Positions 10,473 through 20,073 of a stretch of 64,000 nucleotides of DNA are shown here, in pieces. Location of the stretch: assembly GCA_944320495.1 (NCBI GenBank), contig CALUHR010000003.1, positions 96,001 through 160,000 of the forward strand, written 5' to 3'. This stretch comes from Candidatus Methanomethylophilaceae archaeon (GTDB lineage: Archaea; Thermoplasmatota; Thermoplasmata; Methanomassiliicoccales; Methanomethylophilaceae). Each line of letters opens with the position of its first letter. Position 1 is the first letter of the stretch. Both the position numbers and the translations under genes were made by a program. The notes under the pieces were generated by a model that saw only the letters and a list, made by a program, of their open reading frames with translations, did not search any database and was not told where the DNA came from.

Positions 10473-12683
10473 ATGAGTCTTACAATTGCTTTGGCCGGAA
10501 ATCCAAACAGCGGGAAGACCACCCTCTTCAACAAGCTGACGGGTGCTAACCAGCGCGTGGGGAACTGGCCGGGGGTAACCATCGACAAGAAGACCGGGAA
10601 GGTCCGCGGCCACGACATCGAGGTCGTCGACCTGCCCGGGATCTACTCGCTGTCGCCGTACTCCCCGGAGGAGCTGGTGTCCAGGAACTACCTTCTCAAG
10701 GAGACCCCGGACGCCATCATCAACATCGTGGATGCGACCAACCTCGAGAGGAACCTCTTCCTCACGCTTCAGATCCTCGACCTGGGAATCCCCACGGTCG
10801 TCGCCCTGAACATGATGGACCAGGTGGAGAAGCTCGGGGACAGGGTCGACGTCGGGAAGCTGTCCAAGGAGCTGGGATGCCCGGTAGTGCCGATATCGGC
10901 CATCAAGAACCAGGGCATCCAGGACCTGATCGAAAGGATAGAGAAGGCCGGCGGATCCGGGGAGGTCCCGGAACCCGTCCTCTTCGACGGGGACATGGAG
11001 GGCCTCATCGCCGAGGCCAGAGATGCCCTCGGGTCCAAGGTCCCTGCGGACCGCTCCCGCTTCTACGCCGTCAAGCTGGTCGAGAACGACCACCAGATCT
11101 GCACCGAGTTCGCATCCGAGAAGGAGTCCATCGCCGCCTCGGTATCCGAGGTCGAGAGGAAGAGGGACGACGAGATCGACTCGATCGTCGCCGACTCCCG
11201 CTACAACCGCATCTCGGACATCGTCGGGGACTGCGTCAAGAGGGCACCCCGCGACGAGAGGGGCACGCTCTCAGACAGGATCGACAGGGTCGTCACCAGC
11301 AGGATCTGGGGAATCCCGATCTTCCTCGGAGTTCTCGCCGTCGTGTTCCTCGGCATCATCGGGTTCGCCTGGGGCGACTTCGAGGTCGTAGGAATCGGGA
11401 CATGGTGCACGGACTGGCTCAACGGGTTCATCGAGGACCCCATCCAGTCCACCGTGGCCGACTGGTGCGCCGACAACGGCGTCAGCGACGCCATGACGGG
11501 CCTGCTCGTCGACGGCATCATCGGAGGAGTGGGGGCCGTCATCGGATTCCTGCCCCAGATGCTCATCCTATTCCTCGCCCTGTGCATACTCGAGGACATC
11601 GGGTACATGTCGAGGATCGCCTTCGTCATGGACCGCGTGTTCAGGCACTTCGGGCTCTCCGGCAAGTCCCTCATCCCCGTCCTCGTGGGAACCGGATGCG
11701 GCGTCCCCGGGATCATGGCCTCCCGCACCATCGAGAGCGAGAGGGACCGCAGGATCACCGCGATGACCACCACGTTCATCCCCTGCGGAGCCAAGCTGCC
11801 CGTCATCGCCATGCTGACCTCCGCCGTCTTCGGCGGCAACGGACTCGTCGCCGTCGGATGCTACGTCATGGGGATAATCTGCATCCTCATCTCCGGAATC
11901 ATCCTCAAGAAGTTCAGGAGCCTCTCCGGAGCCGCGACCCCGTTCATCATGGAGCTGCCCCCCTACCACATCCCGTCCGCCTCCAACATCGTCAAGGGGA
12001 CCCTCGACAGGGGCTGGGCGTTCGTGAAGAAGGCCGGTACCATCATCCTGCTCGCGTGCATCCTGATCTGGTTCCTCTCCAACTTCACCTGGGGCCTGGA
12101 GTTCAACGGCGGAGAGACCGGGAACTCCATCCTGGCGTCCATCGGAGAGGTGCTCATGTACGTCTTCATGCCCCTCGGCTGGGGCGACAACTGGGAGCTC
12201 ACCGTGGGATCCATCACCGGGCTCATCGCCAAGGAGAACATCGTCGGAACGTTCGGCACCCTGTTCGGCGTCGAGGCGGGAGAGAACGGCGAGGGTCTCG
12301 AGGCCGTCCTCGGGTCCATGCTGTCCACCGCCTCCGGCTGGTCGTTCCTCGCCTTCAACCTGATCTGCGCCCCGTGCTTCGCCGCCATCGGAGCCATGCA
12401 CAGGGAGCTCGGGTCCTGGAAGGACACGGGCATCGCCGTCGCCTACCAGTGCATCCTGGCGTACTGCGTCGGGCTGGTCCTCTACGGCATCCTCGGATGC
12501 GTCGGAGGATGGAACACCGTCGTGATCGACGGCGTGACCGTGGACAACGGCGTGCCGATCGGAAGCACCATCGCCGCCATCGTCGTGATAGCCGCGTTCG
12601 TCTACATCCTGTGGGCCAAGGACCCGTTCCGCCAGCTCGCCGGCAGGGACGAGTACGACGCGGAGGACGAGGTGAAGGCATGA
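10473..12683 (+). CDS. feoB: Ferrous iron transporter FeoB
   Basis: GNPNSGKTT, VGNWPGVT, DLPGIYSL, DATNLERNL, NMMD, FIPCGAKLP, multi-TM C-terminus. Confidence 0.97.
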   Translation: MSLTIALAGNPNSGKTTLFNKLTGANQRVGNWPGVTIDKKTGKVRGHDIEVVDLPGIYSLSPYSPEELVSRNYLLKETPDAIINIVDATNLERNLFLTLQILDLGIPTVVALNMMDQVEKLGDRVDVGKLSKELGCPVVPISAIKNQGIQDLIERIEKAGGSGEVPEPVLFDGDMEGLIAEARDALGSKVPADRSRFYAVKLVENDHQICTEFASEKESIAASVSEVERKRDDEIDSIVADSRYNRISDIVGDCVKRAPRDERGTLSDRIDRVVTSRIWGIPIFLGVLAVVFLGIIGFAWGDFEVVGIGTWCTDWLNGFIEDPIQSTVADWCADNGVSDAMTGLLVDGIIGGVGAVIGFLPQMLILFLALCILEDIGYMSRIAFVMDRVFRHFGLSGKSLIPVLVGTGCGVPGIMASRTIESERDRRITAMTTTFIPCGAKLPVIAMLTSAVFGGNGLVAVGCYVMGIICILISGIILKKFRSLSGAATPFIMELPPYHIPSASNIVKGTLDRGWAFVKKAGTIILLACILIWFLSNFTWGLEFNGGETGNSILASIGEVLMYVFMPLGWGDNWELTVGSITGLIAKENIVGTFGTLFGVEAGENGEGLEAVLGSMLSTASGWSFLAFNLICAPCFAAIGAMHRELGSWKDTGIAVAYQCILAYCVGLVLYGILGCVGGWNTVVIDGVTVDNGVPIGSTIAAIVVIAAFVYILWAKDPFRQLAGRDEYDAEDEVKA

Positions 12684-12856
12684 ACGGGAACCTCGTCGTC
12701 GGAGCGATCGTCATAGCGGTCGTCGCGGCCTCCCTGGCATACCTGGTATGGCAGAGAAGGAGGGGCAGATGCAGCTGCGGCATGGACTGCAGCTGCAGGA
12801 AGCCCGCCGGCAAGGACGACGGGGAGACCTGCGACTGCTGCAGGAAGGACCGATGA
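12680..12856 (+). CDS. FeoB-associated Cys-rich small membrane protein (ends CGA-TGA)
   Basis: ATGA overlap with feoB; TM helix, RRRGRCSCGMDCSC; last codons GAC CGA TGA. Confidence 0.8.
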   Translation: MNGNLVVGAIVIAVVAASLAYLVWQRRRGRCSCGMDCSCRKPAGKDDGETCDCCRKDR

Positions 12857-12936
12857 CCGCAGGGGGCCCAGGCCCCCGAACAAACGGCCCGGCCGGGTGC
12901 CGGGCCATCAACCCAATACATCGCGAGGTCGGAGAA

Positions 12937-13128
12937 ATGGACATGAACATCGTCGTGGGCGGCGTGATCGCACTGATCGTAATAGCCGACGTGGCCTATC
13001 TCATCAGGAAGAGGCGCAGGGGCGAGAACTGCTGCGGCTGCACCGGATGCTCCGGCCGCGGATGCGGATCCTGCCACGGCCCATCGCTCGTCATGGTCGA
13101 AACGGAAGGGCCCGACAAGGATAACCGA
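12937..13128 (+). CDS. Second FeoB-associated Cys-rich small membrane protein (ends at CGA 13126-13128)
   Basis: [47 protein letters not shown]. Confidence 0.78.
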
Positions 13129-13187
13129 TGTACGGAACGAAGCTTCCGACCGCATGTTTTATTATAAAGACCCAGGATGCTGACGAC

Positions 13188-13322
13188 ATGAAATACCGTT
13201 GCCCCCTGTGCGGGTACATCTACGACGAGGAGAAGGAGGGCGTCAAGTTCGCCGACCTCCCCGACGACTGGTGCTGCCCCGTCTGCGGAGAGCCCAAAGA
13301 GGAATTCGTCCCGATGGAATGA
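13188..13322 (+). CDS. Rubredoxin
   Basis: [10 protein letters not shown]...[20 protein letters not shown]; TATA-like TTTTATTATAAA upstream. Confidence 0.93.
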   Translation: MKYRCPLCGYIYDEEKEGVKFADLPDDWCCPVCGEPKEEFVPME

Positions 13323-13325
13323 TCC

Positions 13326-14252
13326 TCAGGTCCCGTCGATGCGGATGAGCTGCGAGTTCTGACGGCGGCGGATGTCCTGCACGAGCTGCAGGGCTATCTG
13401 ACTGCCCGCCGCGGCCGCCCTCGACAGGAGTTCGAAACCCTTTACCTCATCCTTATCCGTGCCCAGCCCCTCGAACATCATCCTACCGACCATGAACATG
13501 GCGTCTGGATCCTCGTCCATGATGGACTGGTACATACCGAACGCCGCCGACAGGTCCCTGGTCACACCCTCGCCCTGGTAGAGCATGGTGGCCAGCCTCA
13601 TCCTGGCCGGCACGAAGCCCGCGTCCGCCGCCGACCTGCACCAGTTGTACGCGGCGGCCTTCCCGCCATCCGCCTTCCCGGACGAGCACAGCTCGGACAT
13701 CTTCAGCATGGCCTCCGGCACTCCCGACGCCGCTGACATCCTGAACATGCGGATCGCCTCGGCATCGTCCCTCTCGCATCCTATCCCCTCGGACAGCATG
13801 TACCCGGCCTTGAACATCGAGAGGGAGTCCCCGGCGTCCGCCGCCCTGCGGTACCAGCCGAGCGCCCCTGTCGGATCCGCATCCGTCCCGTATCCGTACA
13901 GGAGGATCCCGGCGATCTCAGGATACGCGGGAGGGAACCCGGCATCCGCAGCCCTCCGGAACCAGTCCGCTGCACGCGAAGGGTCCTCCGGATGCTCCAT
14001 GGCGCCTGCCCACAGCATACCCAGCCTGTACATCGACGGAGGGTGTCCCGCATCGGCCGCGACCTCGTAGAGCCTCTCGGCGCCCTCGGGGTCCCTCTCC
14101 GTGCCCCTGCCGGACATCTTCATCTCGGCCATGCCGAAGACCCCGTTCGGATGCCCCGCGGACGCGGCCTCCTGGAACATCCCGTATGCGGACTCGGGGT
14201 CCTCTCCGACCATCTCCGCGGCGCGTGCGCAAAGCTCCTCCGGATCGCTCAT
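13326..14252 (-). CDS. Sel1-like repeat protein
   Basis: SMYRLGML, ALGWYRRAADAG, AMFMVGRMMFEGLG repeats. Confidence 0.88.
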   Translation of the reverse strand: MSDPEELCARAAEMVGEDPESAYGMFQEAASAGHPNGVFGMAEMKMSGRGTERDPEGAERLYEVAADAGHPPSMYRLGMLWAGAMEHPEDPSRAADWFRRAADAGFPPAYPEIAGILLYGYGTDADPTGALGWYRRAADAGDSLSMFKAGYMLSEGIGCERDDAEAIRMFRMSAASGVPEAMLKMSELCSSGKADGGKAAAYNWCRSAADAGFVPARMRLATMLYQGEGVTRDLSAAFGMYQSIMDEDPDAMFMVGRMMFEGLGTDKDEVKGFELLSRAAAAGSQIALQLVQDIRRRQNSQLIRIDGT

Positions 14253-14306
14253 GGCCGAGCCAGTGCCGTGCATCTTATTTTTAATTTGTAGGCCGGTTCA
14301 CGGGTC

Positions 14307-14495
14307 ATGATCAAAGGCCCGCTGGTGTATGCAGCAGTCGCCCTGGCATTCATCCTCATCGCGATGTCGTTCGTCATCGCCGCCTTCCCCGATATGATCG
14401 AGACCCTCGGCATCATAACCGCGGTGGTGGCCGTCCTCGTCGTCATAGTCCTCGTCGGCATCCTGATCAAGACCAGGAGGGGTTCCGGCGAGCGA
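14307..14495 (+). CDS. Small two-helix membrane protein (ends at CGA 14493-14495)
   Basis: 62 aa, two hydrophobic helices then KTRRG; standard code would run it through the whole arsR gene. Confidence 0.65.
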
Positions 14496-14838
14496 GGACG
14501 TCTGCGACGTCCCCGAGATACACGGGGACCGCGTCACCAGAGCCAGATCCTCCATGCCCAGCCCCGAGATGGTCGAGGGGCTGGCAGACTTCTTCAGCAT
14601 TTTCGGCGACAGCACCCGCGTCAGGATCCTCCTGGCCCTCGACACCGGCGAGATGTGCGTCTGCGACATCAGCGAGACACTTGGCATGTCCATGTCCGCC
14701 ACATCGCACCAGCTCAGGATGCTGCGCGAGGCCCATCTGGTCTCCTCCCGCAGGGAGGGGAAGAACATATTCTACTCGCTCTGCGACGACCATGTCAGGG
14801 TCGTGCTAGAGACTGCCGTCGAACATCTCAGTGAATGA
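14488..14838 (+). CDS. ArsR/SmtB (CadC-like) metal-sensing regulator; start uncertain (GCG 14488 or ATG 14554)
   Basis: FFSIFGDSTRVRIL, EMCVCDIS, SATSHQLRMLR, RREGKNIFYSLCDDHV; in-frame SEDVCDVPEIH upstream of ATG 14554, behind AGGAGG. Confidence 0.88.
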   Translation, partial: ASEDVCDVPEIHGDRVTRARSSMPSPEMVEGLADFFSIFGDSTRVRILLALDTGEMCVCDISETLGMSMSATSHQLRMLREAHLVSSRREGKNIFYSLCDDHVRVVLETAVEHLSE

Positions 14839-14982
14839 TGCGACTGCGGATTCCGCAGCGCACATCCCATGTCGGTGCATGGGTCCCGTCCCATGAAACA
14901 CGACTACGGATTTCGTAGCGGTCCGACACTGCCACTGGCTCTTCCTTTAATATAATGCTCGCGATACGGAATCCGATGGGAC

Positions 14983-17067
14983 ATGAAGGTTGGGATAGAC
15001 CTCGGCACAACGTACTCTGCAGTCGCAAGATATGACACCAAGAATAGCAAACCCGTGATAATCCCGAACGCGTTCGGCAAGGAGATCACGCCGTCCGTCA
15101 TCTGCTTCCTGGATGACGGGGACATCCTCGTTGGAGAGGACGCCAAGGACATGCAGTCCAACGGAACCGGGGTCAATGCCGCCGCGTTCAAGAGGAACAT
15201 GGGCGACGGGTCCATCGCTGTGAGCTTCAACGGCAAGGACTACACCTCGGAGGACCTCAGCGCCATGCTGCTCAAGCATCTGATCCAGGATGCCGAGCGC
15301 GCCACTGGCGAGAAGGTCGACGAGGCCGTCATCACGGTGCCCGCCTACTTCAACGACTTCCAGAGGACCGCGACCATCAGGGCCGGCGAATCCTGCGGCG
15401 TGAAGGTTCCTAAGATCATCAATGAACCGACCGCGGCCGCGATCTCGTACGGGTACAAGCACTCCAACGACAAGACGCTCATGGTCTACGACCTCGGAGG
15501 CGGGACCTTCGACGTCACCATCGTCAGGATCAGCAAGGGCAACATCGAGGTCATCGGTACGGACGGTAACCACATCCTCGGAGGAAAGGACTGGGACGCG
15601 GCCATCGTCAAGTACGTCTGCGACCAGTTCATCGACGAGTATGACGTCGACCCCAGGGACGACCTCCCCACCAAGAACGAGCTCATCGTCGCCGCGGAGG
15701 GGTACAAGAAGACCCTATCCATCGCCGAGAGCGTCACCATACCGATCAACTACGAGGGATACAGCGCCAAGTACACCCTCACCAGGGACGAGTTCGAATC
15801 CATGACCGAGCACCTCCTGGAGGCCACCAAGGAGGTCTGCCTGAACCTCATGGGCGACCTCGGCCTCGCCTGGACCGATATCGACGAGATCCTCCTCGTG
15901 GGAGGCTCCACCAGGATGCCCGCCGTCGCCAGATTCCTCAGGGACCTCACCGGCAGGGAGGTCATAGCCCACAGCGACACCGACCTGGCCGTCGCCAAGG
16001 GGGCCGCCATCGTCAGCGAGCTCTACAACAGCAAGGCCACCGGCCTCAGGGCCGAGATGACCGTCATCGACGTCACCGCCCACTCCCTCGGAGCCCTCTC
16101 GGTCTCCCCGGACGGATCCAAGTTCGTCAACGAGATCATCATCAAGAAGAACTCCAAGGTCCCGTGCACCGCCAGCAGGCAGTTCACCATCAAGAAGGGC
16201 AACATGACCGATAGGATCGAGGTCTACACCCTGCAGGGCGAGTCCAGGATGCCTTTGGACTGCAACGTCCTCGCCAAGGTGGTCATCACCGGGTTCTACA
16301 ACAACGGCCAGGGCCTCAACGTCGACATCGAGTACAACTACGATCAGAACGGCGTGGTCAACATCGCCGCCTACCAGGACGGGGAACCCCTCACCGTGGA
16401 GGCCCAGCCGATAGACGAGGACATCAGGTGGATGGGCGGAAGCCCCAAGAACAGGCGCAGCGACGAGTGCATCCTCAAGAACATCGCCATCTGCGTCGAC
16501 CTGTCCAGGAGCATGGACGGCGAGCCCATCGAGCGCGCCAAGGCCTCCATCCGCGATTTCGTCAACACCCTGCAGAACGATGACACCTACTTCTCGCTCA
16601 TCGGGTTCGGGGACAAGATCAAGGTCGTCCAGGACCTCAGCAACGACCCCCGCGCCGTGCTCGCGTCCATCGACGAGCTCAAGGTCAAGATGGTCGGCAG
16701 GGGAACCGACGCCAGCCCCCTCGACACCGCCCGCTCCATGCTCGGCTCGAAGCCGGGTGTCGGCATCATAGTCGTCCTCACCGACGGCATATGGGGAAAG
16801 AGGGACCGCGCGGTCGAGCAGGCCATCGGATGCAGGAACGACAACATCACGATCATCGCCGTCGGTCTCGGAGAGGCGGACACGTCCTTCCTCAGGCAGA
16901 TCGCCACCGTCGACGACGGAGCGCTGTTCACCACCATCGACAGGCTCGGGGACACCTTCGGAACCATCGCCACCGCGATCTCCTCCGGCAGCATGGGCCT
17001 GTCCGTCCGCGAGGGCGGAACCGGGCTCGCCGTGAGGCAGTCCACCAGGATGCAGTCCCGCGAATGA
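14983..17067 (+). CDS. Hsp70-family protein fused to a C-terminal vWA domain
   Basis: GIDLGTTYS, ITVPAYF, INEPTAAA, YDLGGGTFDV, LVGGSTRMP; then CVDLSRSMDG (MIDAS DxSxS), LTDG, IIAVGLG. Confidence 0.9.
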   Translation: MKVGIDLGTTYSAVARYDTKNSKPVIIPNAFGKEITPSVICFLDDGDILVGEDAKDMQSNGTGVNAAAFKRNMGDGSIAVSFNGKDYTSEDLSAMLLKHLIQDAERATGEKVDEAVITVPAYFNDFQRTATIRAGESCGVKVPKIINEPTAAAISYGYKHSNDKTLMVYDLGGGTFDVTIVRISKGNIEVIGTDGNHILGGKDWDAAIVKYVCDQFIDEYDVDPRDDLPTKNELIVAAEGYKKTLSIAESVTIPINYEGYSAKYTLTRDEFESMTEHLLEATKEVCLNLMGDLGLAWTDIDEILLVGGSTRMPAVARFLRDLTGREVIAHSDTDLAVAKGAAIVSELYNSKATGLRAEMTVIDVTAHSLGALSVSPDGSKFVNEIIIKKNSKVPCTASRQFTIKKGNMTDRIEVYTLQGESRMPLDCNVLAKVVITGFYNNGQGLNVDIEYNYDQNGVVNIAAYQDGEPLTVEAQPIDEDIRWMGGSPKNRRSDECILKNIAICVDLSRSMDGEPIERAKASIRDFVNTLQNDDTYFSLIGFGDKIKVVQDLSNDPRAVLASIDELKVKMVGRGTDASPLDTARSMLGSKPGVGIIVVLTDGIWGKRDRAVEQAIGCRNDNITIIAVGLGEADTSFLRQIATVDDGALFTTIDRLGDTFGTIATAISSGSMGLSVREGGTGLAVRQSTRMQSRE

Positions 17068-20000
17068 GGTTGAGGGAATTGGCTTCAAGACAGAACTACT
17101 GCCAGCTGCTCGGGCTCAACCCGCTGAAGGAGTCCTCCTACAGCACCGAGTCCATCCTCAAGAAGATAGAGGCGAAGCGCGGCAAGTGGGCCAACGACAG
17201 CAGGAACAAGCAGAACGACACCGAGCAGCGCTTCAAATCCGAGCGCCTGGTCGAGATGACCTCCGACATGGAGGAGGTCTTCAAGGACCCCAGGCGCAGG
17301 CGCGACGAGTTCAGCAAGGGCCAGGAGGTCCTCAAGGGCAAGGTGCAGAAACTCAGGATGGACTGCGTCATCCTGTCGGACGGGACGTACATCGCCCTGC
17401 CCGGCGCCGCCGACGCGTACACGAAGAAGCTGCACTGGGAGGGCGTCGCCAAGGCCGACGTCCTCAGGCTCGCCGGCATCAAGGACGGGACCCCGCCCAA
17501 GCCGGTCAGCGACAAGGTGCTCAACGCCTACAAGGGACTACGCGCCGTCGACACCTACACGCCGGTCGAGATGCTGAACGCCCTCATCAACCACCCCAAC
17601 CTGGAGATCGACGTCCCGCCGCTCACAGAGGGCAGCTCCTACTCCCAGATCCGCAACGCCTTCGACGTCTGCGAGAAGAGGGTCAACAGCGTCCGCCCGG
17701 ACGTCCTCCCGGAGCAGGACTCCTACATCCAGTCCATGAGGGGCGTCAAGCTCGTCCTGGAGCCGGACAGGGAGCTCGCCACGCTGATATCCTACGGTAA
17801 GTGCAACCGCGCCCTGGTCCCGGTGATGGAGACCCTCGAGCAGGAGTACTCGTCCCAGTTCAACAGGCAGTACATAGACCAGCTGCTGGGAGCGCACCTG
17901 ACGCGCGACGTCGACAGCGGCATGGCGATCCAGATCCTCCAACAGTTCTGCTACAAGAAGAAGATCGCGGCCAACTTCTCCGACACCGAGAGCAGCATGA
18001 TCCGCTGCTCCGAGTGCGGTCAGATGGTCCCCGCCGGACCGAACACCGTGTTCTGCCCGGCGTGCGGGAAGAACTTCAAGACCGTGTGCCCCGCGTGCGG
18101 CACCTCCCAGCAGTCCAAGAACACCGTCTGCATCAAGTGCGGGTTCAACTTCAAGGAGGGTCAGCAGAAGGCCGACCGCCTATCGATCGACTTCCGCATG
18201 AGCATGCAGGCCGGCAAGGTCGCCAAGGCGGAGAAGGCCCTCACCCAGCTCAAGGCCACGTTCCCGAGCTTCGCGGGCATCTCCACCATGGAGCTCGACC
18301 TGAAGCGCGCCCAGGACGAGATAGCGGCATCCCGCAAGTACGTCATGGACTCGTACAACCGCAACAGGTTCTACGAGGCCAAGACCTCGGCGGAGGCGCT
18401 CGCCGCCAAGTACCCGGACGCCCTGGAATCCGACCTGGAGCTGAAGCAGAAGGCCGCGGACGCCAACAACAGATACAACGCCGCGGAGGTCTACTGCAAG
18501 AAGGCCGTGACGGCCGAGTCCAGACAGGCCCGCATGGCCCAGTACGTCGCCGCCGCGGAGATCTGCCCCGACCACCCGGTCGCCAGGAGCAAGCTCAGGG
18601 AGAGCCCGCCGTCCGGACCCGCCGACCCCGTCGGCACCATGAACGACCGCTCGTTCACCATCAAGTTCGAGCCGCCAGCAGAGGCTACCGGAGTCACATA
18701 CTGCATCTACAGGGAGAGGAACTCGCTCCCCGTCGTCAACGAGGACGCCCGCCCCCTGGCGGAGATCCCCACCACGGTCTACGTGGACAAGACGCTGGAC
18801 CCCGGAATCGAGTACTACTACTCGATCCACTCCAAGCGCTGGGGCATCCTCTCGAAGGAGGGCGCCCACATCGGTCCCGTGATGACCATCTCGGAGGTCG
18901 ACAAGGTCAACATAGAGCCCATCGACGGCGGCCTGCGCATCATGTACGAGAAGCCCCGCGGGGCCTCACGCGTGAGGCTCTGGAGGTCGGACGGGAAGGA
19001 CTCGTCCTCCGTGGGCACCGAGATCGCCCTCAACGGCCAGACCGTCTACGACGACATCGGCCTCGTCGGGGGCAAGAAGTACTACTACCTGTTCGTCGCG
19101 GAGTACGAGGGTCGCAACAAGGTCGAGCGCTCCCAGGGAGTGGTGTTCAGCGAGACCACCGTCGACGCCCCCAAGCCCGTCCGCGACATGAAGATCAAGT
19201 GGAACAAGACGGACGGCACCTACACCGCCAAGTGGAGCACTACCGAGCGCGTCCTCCTCTACTCGTCCCCCAAGAAGATCGCCATTTCCGGCAGCATGGT
19301 CAGCATGGAGGACGTGAAGGCCTGGATGACCGAGATCAAGCCGATCGCGGAGTACTCCGACGGGGTCAAGTTCGCTCTCCCCGACGGCGCCGTGCAGTAC
19401 ATCTACCCGATCATCCCGCGCGGCCGCGTCGGCATCCGCGGGACCGAGACCCTGGTGGCCAACCTGAAGCCCTTCAGGGACGTGGAGTGCGTCCTGAGCA
19501 ACAAGGACTGCGTCATCACCATGGGATGGCCGGCGGACGCCGTGGAGGCCAAGCTCGTCATATCCAACGGCACCGAGGCCAGGAGCCTCGACGACATCGA
19601 CGCCGAGATCGTCACCGTGCGCCGCGAGGAGTACATGGAGGACAAGCAGATCCGCATCCCGATGGGCAAGGCCCGCAAGAAGTGCATCAACATCTTCGCG
19701 GTGTACATGCTCGGCAACGAGATGCGCCCATCCAGGGGCATCGTCGTGGACATCAACTCCGGTGACAGCAAGAAGGTCCGCTACACCGCCAAGCGCGTGC
19801 GCGGCGGCGCTGACATCGAGGTGTCCACCGAGCCCGGCGTCTACGAGCTCCCGGCGATGATGCTCGTGCAGACATCCACTGGGATACCGCTGAAGCGCAC
19901 CGACGGGGAGGTCGTCTGGAGGTCCGGGGGACCGGTGCCTCTGCAGAACGGCCGCGGCGTGATCGAGGCCCGCGGGGATATCGAGGACGTGAAGAGGTGC

Positions 20001-20072
20001 AGGCTGTTCCTGGAGAACGACGCCGACTACTTCGACTACAGGTTCGTGCACCCGCTCTACAGGGAGGGATGA
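17064..20072 (+). CDS. Large multidomain protein: J-like N-terminus, double zinc ribbon, helical region, FN3-like repeats
   Basis: NYCQLLGLNP; CSEC/CPAC/CPAC/CIKC; YVDKTLDPGIEYYYSI and YDDIGLVGGKKYYYLF beta-strand signatures. Confidence 0.75.
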   Translation: MRLRELASRQNYCQLLGLNPLKESSYSTESILKKIEAKRGKWANDSRNKQNDTEQRFKSERLVEMTSDMEEVFKDPRRRRDEFSKGQEVLKGKVQKLRMDCVILSDGTYIALPGAADAYTKKLHWEGVAKADVLRLAGIKDGTPPKPVSDKVLNAYKGLRAVDTYTPVEMLNALINHPNLEIDVPPLTEGSSYSQIRNAFDVCEKRVNSVRPDVLPEQDSYIQSMRGVKLVLEPDRELATLISYGKCNRALVPVMETLEQEYSSQFNRQYIDQLLGAHLTRDVDSGMAIQILQQFCYKKKIAANFSDTESSMIRCSECGQMVPAGPNTVFCPACGKNFKTVCPACGTSQQSKNTVCIKCGFNFKEGQQKADRLSIDFRMSMQAGKVAKAEKALTQLKATFPSFAGISTMELDLKRAQDEIAASRKYVMDSYNRNRFYEAKTSAEALAAKYPDALESDLELKQKAADANNRYNAAEVYCKKAVTAESRQARMAQYVAAAEICPDHPVARSKLRESPPSGPADPVGTMNDRSFTIKFEPPAEATGVTYCIYRERNSLPVVNEDARPLAEIPTTVYVDKTLDPGIEYYYSIHSKRWGILSKEGAHIGPVMTISEVDKVNIEPIDGGLRIMYEKPRGASRVRLWRSDGKDSSSVGTEIALNGQTVYDDIGLVGGKKYYYLFVAEYEGRNKVERSQGVVFSETTVDAPKPVRDMKIKWNKTDGTYTAKWSTTERVLLYSSPKKIAISGSMVSMEDVKAWMTEIKPIAEYSDGVKFALPDGAVQYIYPIIPRGRVGIRGTETLVANLKPFRDVECVLSNKDCVITMGWPADAVEAKLVISNGTEARSLDDIDAEIVTVRREEYMEDKQIRIPMGKARKKCINIFAVYMLGNEMRPSRGIVVDINSGDSKKVRYTAKRVRGGADIEVSTEPGVYELPAMMLVQTSTGIPLKRTDGEVVWRSGGPVPLQNGRGVIEARGDIEDVKRCRLFLENDADYFDYRFVHPLYREG

Positions 20073-20073
20073 G

